Shown here: one piece after another, positions 58,392-64,000 of the stretch
Position numbering within the stretch: position 1 is the first letter of the stretch
How the letters are laid out: each line of letters begins with the position of its first letter
Assembly (NCBI GenBank): GCA_963841915.1
Contig: CAWJEN010000003.1
Location: forward strand, 128,001-192,000
DNA length: 64,000 nucleotides
Direction: 5' to 3'
From: an uncultured Planctomycetota bacterium
Lineage (GTDB): Bacteria > Planctomycetota > Phycisphaerae > Tepidisphaerales > Tepidisphaeraceae
Program-made: the position numbers and the translations under genes
Notes under the pieces: model-generated
The model's input: the letters and a program-made list of their open reading frames with translations, nothing else
What the model was told of the DNA's origin: nothing
Databases searched by the model: none

Positions 58392-59555
58392 GTGACCGCC
58401 GCCCCTGCCGACCTTGCCAGCCCCGTCGCCGTGCCCGTCGACTTCGGCGATCCCATCAACGCCCAGATCCTCTCGGTCAGTGAAGACCAGTTGCAGGGCT
58501 TTCAGACCGACCCGCTCGGCGAGATCGCCAGCCGGACAGGCCTTGACCGCCAGATCGTCGTTGAACGGATCTCGGCGATGCTGCAGGCTGGCACGATCCG
58601 CCGCGTCAGGCAGACGCTGCTGGCCACGTCGCTCGCCCGTGGCGCGCTCGTCGCCTGGCGCATCAAGGAGAGCAAGCTGCACGCGATGTTCGATTGGCTG
58701 TCGCAGAACGATCCGTTCAGCGGCCACGTCGTCGTCCGCTCGACAGACCAGAAAATCCCCGGCCGCAAGTTCCGCCTCTGGACGACGCTCAAGGTGCCGG
58801 TCGGCTACTCGCTGCACAAGCACTGCGAGGAGCTTCGCCAGCGTCTAGGTGCTGAGAAGTTCGTTCTGCTGCCGGCCAAGAAGCTGTTCGCCCTGGGCGT
58901 TGGCCATGCACGACGCAAGGACCTGCAGCCAGGCGACAAGACCGACGAGCCGGGCCGGGTGATCGACGTTGAGGTGACACCCGTTGCCGACGACGAGTGG
59001 CCGATCCTGGAGGCCCTCAAGCGTGAGTTCACCGCAGAAGAACTGGCCGCGGAGTCACTGTGGCAAGGGCGTGCCGCTGAAGCCGGCGTGTCGCTCGAGG
59101 AGTTCCTCTCAAAGGCCAACGAACTTGCCGAGCGTGGCGTCATTGGCCGGTTCAGCACGTTTCTCGAGCATTACAAGAAGCTATCGACGGGTGAACGCGT
59201 CACGAAGTTCAACGCGTTGTTCCACTGGAAGGTGCCAGAAGGACGCGAAATTGAAGCCGGTCGCGAGATCGGCCGTTTCCATTGCATGACCCACGCCTAT
59301 TGGCGAGAGGCGGGCGAAGCATTCGGCAACGTCAACCTCATGGGCGTCAGCCATGGCACCGACAAGGACAAGGTGCTGGCCCACAAGGCGGCCATCGACG
59401 AGCACCTCGCGTCGATCGGTATCGATGTCAGCTACACCAACGTCTTCTGGGGCGGCAGGAGCGAAATCAAGCCGAGCGAAGTCTCACCAACCGCCTTCCG
59501 CGAGTTCTGGCAGGGTCTGGGCGTGAATCCGGAGTCACTTCGGGACAGCGATTGA
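58392..59555 (+). CDS. Duplicated Lrp/AsnC-like protein (siroheme decarboxylase AhbAB/NirDL-like)
   Basis: Two HTH+RAM repeats (GTIRR..ALVAW..H; GVIGRF..ALFHW..THAYWR..NLMGVSH). Confidence 0.65.
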   Translation: MTAAPADLASPVAVPVDFGDPINAQILSVSEDQLQGFQTDPLGEIASRTGLDRQIVVERISAMLQAGTIRRVRQTLLATSLARGALVAWRIKESKLHAMFDWLSQNDPFSGHVVVRSTDQKIPGRKFRLWTTLKVPVGYSLHKHCEELRQRLGAEKFVLLPAKKLFALGVGHARRKDLQPGDKTDEPGRVIDVEVTPVADDEWPILEALKREFTAEELAAESLWQGRAAEAGVSLEEFLSKANELAERGVIGRFSTFLEHYKKLSTGERVTKFNALFHWKVPEGREIEAGREIGRFHCMTHAYWREAGEAFGNVNLMGVSHGTDKDKVLAHKAAIDEHLASIGIDVSYTNVFWGGRSEIKPSEVSPTAFREFWQGLGVNPESLRDSD

Positions 59556-59634
59556 GTGAGGGCGAAGCTTCATCAGCATGATGCTCAAACTGCTAATGTT
59601 TGTTTTGAGCATCAAACGCTGGTGGAGCGTTCAC
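59556..59634. terminator. Long stem-loop between convergent genes
   Basis: TGATGCTCAAA/TTTGAGCATCA 11-bp stem extended by GCTTCATCAGC/GCTGGTGGAGC (G-U pairs). Confidence 0.5.
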
Positions 59635-59714
59635 GGTGACGGCATCGGCAACACGCTTAGTGGACGGTGACGCGGCTGCTGACGATTCGCCACCGCTTTC
59701 CCGTCGATGTCTTT

Positions 59715-60131
59715 TCAAGCTGGCTCTCGCTCTCCCGCTGCAATCTTCGCACACGCTTCGGCCGACCGTTCCCGCACTTCGGCGGGCGTCTTGCCATCGC
59801 GGATCCAGTCGGCAAAATCGCGTCGCTCGTTGCCGTCGAGGTCCTTCCACCGTTCCTGTGCGGCAGAATTCGCCTTCAGGCCGCGGTGCAGATCGAGTGG
59901 GACGACGGCAAAGCAGCACGGTCGCGCCTTGCCATCGGCAAGCATCGACAATGCAACAGTGATTCGCTTGCGACGGGTAGCCGGCTGTCGCGCTTCGGTG
60001 ATCCAGCTGACGAAGTCTCGCCTGCCCAATGGCGTGAGCGCGTCCCACCGTGACTGCGCCTGGGTGTCTTCAGCGAGGGCATCGGCCAAGCCCGTAGGGA
60101 CATTGTCTCGATGAATGCGATCCTGCTTCAT
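59715..60131 (-). CDS. YdeI/OmpD-associated family protein (two repeats)
   Basis: VP.DL..AL..W..LT..R..F..WI..AR...TR..RI pattern occurring twice. Confidence 0.8.
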   Translation of the reverse strand: MKQDRIHRDNVPTGLADALAEDTQAQSRWDALTPLGRRDFVSWITEARQPATRRKRITVALSMLADGKARPCCFAVVPLDLHRGLKANSAAQERWKDLDGNERRDFADWIRDGKTPAEVRERSAEACAKIAAGEREPA

Positions 60132-60161
60132 CTACAGAGTTTAACGGCTGATCGGCGTTTG

Positions 60162-61160
60162 CTACACCAGTTCTCGCGCAAGCGATGCCGCCCCGATGAT
60201 GCCGCTGTCGGGGCTACGCAGCAAGGCCAGTGGCGTTTGTCGAAGCGTTTCACGCAGGGCATCTGGTCCGCAAGCGTCGAAAGCGTCCGAGATTGTCTCA
60301 GCGACGAGCACTGGGTCGGCATCGTAAAGCCGATTGACGATGCCGCCGCCGAACGTCAGGCGGCGGGTGGCGAGTACGTCGAGCAGCAGGTTTCCGCCTC
60401 GCGCACCGACGAGGTGCAGGAACAGCCGAACTGCTTCGCGTGCCGCGTCGTGATCGACGCCCTCCACGTCCGTTCCCGTCGCGGCGGCAGTCACGTCCTT
60501 GGGCAGGGGAAGCCGCACGTTTGGGGCGTCGTCCGGATTTATAACGGCCGCGTAGAGCAGCGGCAAACCCGGACCGCTGCACAGCACTTCCCAGCTCACA
60601 CGACCGTCGACAGTGGTGCCGAGAAGGTCCTGGGCCGCTTCGCGCAGGAAGTCCAGTGATGCCGCCGGTGGACCGAAGTCGAGGTGGCCGCCCTCGCTCG
60701 GCACCGCGAACCAGCCGCCGGCGGTCATGACGCGGAACCCGATTCCCAGCCCAGTGCCCGGCATCACGATGCCTTCGACATCGCCCTCGCTCGTACCGGC
60801 GCGAAGTTGGACCACCTCGGAAGCATCAACGCCGCTGGAGTGAGCGACCATGTCGTTGACCAGCAGGACGCGACCCGGCGGAATGCCAAGGGCGATGCCG
60901 ACCCGCTCGTTGGTGATGGCTTCGCCGGGCCGATTGGTCATGCGGACGTTGCCGTCGATGACACGTCCGGCCACACCCATGCAGCAGGCGACAACGCGTC
61001 CTTCGATCGAGTGGATGAAGTCGGTGAGGCAATCGGCAACGGGCCGCTTGTCGCCGTACGTCCTTTCGTCGATCGCGGTGGCGTGTAAGTCTTCGGGCCG
61101 GCAAGTGCGCAGCCGCGTATTGGTGCCGCCGATGTCACCGACGAGTAGAAGATCAGACAT
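60162..61160 (-). CDS. glk: Glucokinase
   Basis: GDIGGTN, VAG, TN, ND, GTGLG, SEGGH. Confidence 0.88.
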   Translation of the reverse strand: MSDLLLVGDIGGTNTRLRTCRPEDLHATAIDERTYGDKRPVADCLTDFIHSIEGRVVACCMGVAGRVIDGNVRMTNRPGEAITNERVGIALGIPPGRVLLVNDMVAHSSGVDASEVVQLRAGTSEGDVEGIVMPGTGLGIGFRVMTAGGWFAVPSEGGHLDFGPPAASLDFLREAAQDLLGTTVDGRVSWEVLCSGPGLPLLYAAVINPDDAPNVRLPLPKDVTAAATGTDVEGVDHDAAREAVRLFLHLVGARGGNLLLDVLATRRLTFGGGIVNRLYDADPVLVAETISDAFDACGPDALRETLRQTPLALLRSPDSGIIGAASLARELV

Positions 61161-61197
61161 GGCCGGCAGGCTAGGCGGGGGCGTCTAGTCTTTGCTC

Positions 61198-62361
61198 ATG
61201 CACGACGACGCGAACCTGCTCATCAGCAACTACGCTCGCAGACCGATCACGATGGTCCGGGGCGAGGGTGTCGATGTTTGGGACGACGCAGGCAAGCGGT
61301 ATCTCGACCTCTTCGCCGGCTTCGGCGGGTGCGTGTTGGGCCACTGCCATCCAGATCTCATCGCCGCCGCCAAGCAACAGGCCGACCAGCTCTGGCACGT
61401 CGGTAACTCGTTCTACAGCGAGCCGCAGCTTCGCGTCGCACGACACCTCTACGAGAAGGCATTTCCTGGCAAAGCGTTCTACTGCCACGACGGCATGGGT
61501 GCCAACGAAGCGGCTGTGAAGCTCGCCCGTCGTCGTGGCAGCGAGACAAGCAACGGTCGCCGGTACAAAGTCATCACCTTCAACGCCAGCTTCCACGGCC
61601 GAAGCCTGGCCATGGTTTCCGCCGGTAGTACGCAGGCGCACCGCGACGGCTTCGGACCACCCGTGCCCGGCTTCGTCCACGCCACCGGCGGCGACATCGA
61701 TGATCTAGCCAAGCATGTCGACGAAGAGACGTGCGCCGTTATGTTCGAACCTCTACGTGGCGAAGGGGGCATGCTCGGTTATCCCGACGAGTTCCCGCGA
61801 CAGGTCCGCGAGCTGTGTCACAATGAAGGGATCAGTCTCATCTTCGATGAAGTCTGGACCGGCGGTGGCCGGACCGGTCACTGGTTCGGCCACCAGTATT
61901 TCGACGGTGTCACGCCAGACCTCATGACCCTCGGCAAGGCCGTCGGCGGCGGTCTGCCGGTCGGCATCTGCTGGGCGGCAGAAGATCACGCTGACTACCT
62001 CGTGCCCGGCACCCACGGCTCGACGCTCGGCGGCAACCCGATCTGTATGGCCGTCTCTGCGACCGTTTTCGACGTCATAGAACGCGACAACCTGCTCGCC
62101 CACGCCCGCGAGCTGGGCGAGCACGCCAAAGCAAAGCTCACCGCCGCACTGCCGGGGGCTGAGATTCGCGGCAACGGCCTGTTCCTCGGCATCGATTTGC
62201 CCGAGGAGCCGACGCATGATCTCGTCGCCGCCGGCCTAGAGCGAGGTCTAATCTTCAACGTCACGCAGAAGAAGGTGGTGCGACTTGCACCGGGCCTCGT
62301 CATCAGTCGTCAGCGGTGGGACGCAGGGCTCGATCTGCTGATTGACCTCATTCAGCAGTAG
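61198..62361 (+). CDS. argD: Acetylornithine aminotransferase (class III PLP)
   Basis: YLDLFAG, LGHCHP, SFHGRS, EP..GEGG, DEV.TG, LGKAVGGG, HGSTLGGNP. Confidence 0.85.
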   Translation: MHDDANLLISNYARRPITMVRGEGVDVWDDAGKRYLDLFAGFGGCVLGHCHPDLIAAAKQQADQLWHVGNSFYSEPQLRVARHLYEKAFPGKAFYCHDGMGANEAAVKLARRRGSETSNGRRYKVITFNASFHGRSLAMVSAGSTQAHRDGFGPPVPGFVHATGGDIDDLAKHVDEETCAVMFEPLRGEGGMLGYPDEFPRQVRELCHNEGISLIFDEVWTGGGRTGHWFGHQYFDGVTPDLMTLGKAVGGGLPVGICWAAEDHADYLVPGTHGSTLGGNPICMAVSATVFDVIERDNLLAHARELGEHAKAKLTAALPGAEIRGNGLFLGIDLPEEPTHDLVAAGLERGLIFNVTQKKVVRLAPGLVISRQRWDAGLDLLIDLIQQ

Positions 62362-62364
62362 TGC

Positions 62365-63030
62365 TCACGTCGCCTTGGTTTCGGTGCCTGCGATGAGGCG
62401 TCGAACGTTCTCGCGGTGTCGCCAAACGAGCAGCGAGGCCGTCAGCGTCAGGGCCAGCAGCACCGGCCACTGCCTGGCGAGCGACCAGTCGAGCGACCAT
62501 GCAGCCAGCAAGTACCAGATCGGCAGCGATGCAGCACCGACGATGCTGCCGACGCTGATGTACCGCGACAGCTTGTAGCCGGCGATGAAGGTTGCCAAAC
62601 CGAGCAGTCCCGGAACGGTCAGGTACGGGAAGATGCCCAGCACCATGCCGAGCCCGCAGGCGACGCCTTTGCCGCCTTTGAACTTGAGGAACGGGCTAAA
62701 GACGTGCCCGAGGACAGCCGCCAAACCGACTGCGATCCAGAGGCCGAACGTCGTGGCCGATCGCTCAGCCGGTTCCGTCGCCGCGTGAACCAGGCCTGAC
62801 GCGATGGCGGCGGGAACGAGTGCCTTGGCCGCGTCGAGGGCGAGTACGACAAAAAAGTATCGCTTACCGAGCGCTCGGCCTGCATTCGTGGCACCAGTGT
62901 TGCCACTCCCGACGCCGCGAAGGTCGACGCCGCGAGCTTTGGCAATCAGCACACCGAACGGCACGCTGCCGAGCAGGAAGGCGAACGGCAACAACCCAGC
63001 GAGAATCAGGTGAACCGTCATCAACGACAC
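62365..63030 (-). CDS. plsY: Glycerol-3-phosphate acyltransferase PlsY
   Basis: GSVPFG, GSGNTGATN, GH..S.F..FKGGKGVA, RHRENV.RL..GTE. Confidence 0.95.
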   Translation of the reverse strand: MSLMTVHLILAGLLPFAFLLGSVPFGVLIAKARGVDLRGVGSGNTGATNAGRALGKRYFFVVLALDAAKALVPAAIASGLVHAATEPAERSATTFGLWIAVGLAAVLGHVFSPFLKFKGGKGVACGLGMVLGIFPYLTVPGLLGLATFIAGYKLSRYISVGSIVGAASLPIWYLLAAWSLDWSLARQWPVLLALTLTASLLVWRHRENVRRLIAGTETKAT

Positions 63031-63089
63031 AGAGCAAACGTAGGAGCGACGTCGTGACACCGTCGCGACGTTCGGGCACAATGCACCGC

Positions 63090-64000
63090 GTGCCACACCA
63101 CGTCCGTCACATCATCGGCTGTATGACCGGCACCAGCATCGACGGCATCGACGCCGCACTTGTACAGATTGAGGGTGAGGGACTTGACATGCGGCCGACG
63201 TTGCTGGCACAGCGGAGTGCGAATCTTGATCATCTCGCGAGCGAGCTACGCACGCTTGCCAGCGACGAGCCGGCGACAGCTGCCGAATTCGCCGACGCTG
63301 CGTTGAAGCTTGGGACGCTGCACGCAACGCTCTGCCACGACCTTGCGAAGCAGGCACCGGCTGTCGATTTAGTCGTCCTGCACGGCCAGACGGTGACACA
63401 CGCACCGCCGCGGTCGATGCAGCTCATCAATCCGTGGCCGGTCGCCACGACGCTGGGCTGCGACGTCGTCAGCGACCTGCGAGGTGCAGACTTGGCGGCC
63501 GGTGGTGAAGGTGCGCCGATCACGCCGCTGGCCGACTTCGTGCTGTATCGCGACCAACCTGGCGACCGGCTCATCGCCAACCTCGGTGGCTTCTGCAACG
63601 TGACGACGCTGCCCGGCGGTTCGTCCTTTACGCAGATCCGTGGGTTTGACGCGTGTGCGTGCAATCAAGTACTCGATGCTGTCGCTCGACGCTCCATCGC
63701 GAGGCCCTTCGATCGAGACGGCGCAACCGCCGCCCGAGGCAACGCTGATGAGCGGGCGGCTGTCGATCTACGCGAACGACTGCTTCGTCAGCGAAAGGAG
63801 CGGCGATCCCTTGGCAGCGGTGACGAGTCGTTTGGCTGGCTCGATTCGATCGCGGCGCTTCGACCCGAGGACCAACTGGCCACTTGTGTGGCCGGCGTCG
63901 GCTCGGCGATCGGCCGGGTATTGCGGGACGAAAGAGCCGGCGCGACGGTGTTTGTTGCAGGTGGTGGGGCAAGAAACGAAACGCTCCTGAAGGCCATCGG
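63090..64000 (+). CDS. anmK: Anhydro-N-acetylmuramic acid kinase, 3'-partial (absent from the ORF track)
   Basis: Manual translation gives IGCMTGTSIDGID, HGQT, DLAAGGEGAPITP, NLGGFCN, GGGARN; runs off the window. Confidence 0.92.
   Translation, partial: MPHHVRHIIGCMTGTSIDGIDAALVQIEGEGLDMRPTLLAQRSANLDHLASELRTLASDEPATAAEFADAALKLGTLHATLCHDLAKQAPAVDLVVLHGQTVTHAPPRSMQLINPWPVATTLGCDVVSDLRGADLAAGGEGAPITPLADFVLYRDQPGDRLIANLGGFCNVTTLPGGSSFTQIRGFDACACNQVLDAVARRSIARPFDRDGATAARGNADERAAVDLRERLLRQRKERRSLGSGDESFGWLDSIAALRPEDQLATCVAGVGSAIGRVLRDERAGATVFVAGGGARNETLLKAI

Noticed and set aside
1..64000. tRNA/rRNA genes
   Set aside because: No cloverleaf, T-loop in intergenic context or rRNA-like segment found by eye

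Overview
GC-rich chromosomal window, most likely from a planctomycete (Phycisphaerae-like). This assignment is inferred from a Planctomycete-type 'IEKLEDRRLLA' N-terminal motif and the gene repertoire. About 52 CDSs, mostly housekeeping: mgtE, radA, two clpP, recG, an orphan nuoG, pheA, mqnE, glk, argD, plsY and a partial anmK missing from the ORF track. There is a left-hand carbohydrate cluster (GH2, PA14/ThuA protein, MsbA-like ABC exporter, GH-GT2 fusion) and a wzm/wzt-GT2-GT2-GT4 glycan locus whose wzt is frameshifted. I saw no tRNA, rRNA, CRISPR or transposase. Main non-coding signals: (1) five parS palindromes, suggesting an origin-proximal region; (2) a TANNNT hexamer 5-8 nt upstream of the start codon of more than 20 genes, pointing to pervasive leaderless mRNAs, including two 36-37 bp divergent promoters with identical geometry; (3) an 8 x 21 bp tandem repeat; (4) several structured intergenic stretches. 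Protein-level oddities: an alkaline phosphatase lacking its His zinc ligands, a ClpP with a Ser-His-Asn triad, a PANK4-like phosphatase, a pseudo-receiver/DUF2225 fusion, and a candidate NdvB/NdvA-analogous glycan synthesis-export pair. All family calls come from motif recognition by eye; no database searches were run.
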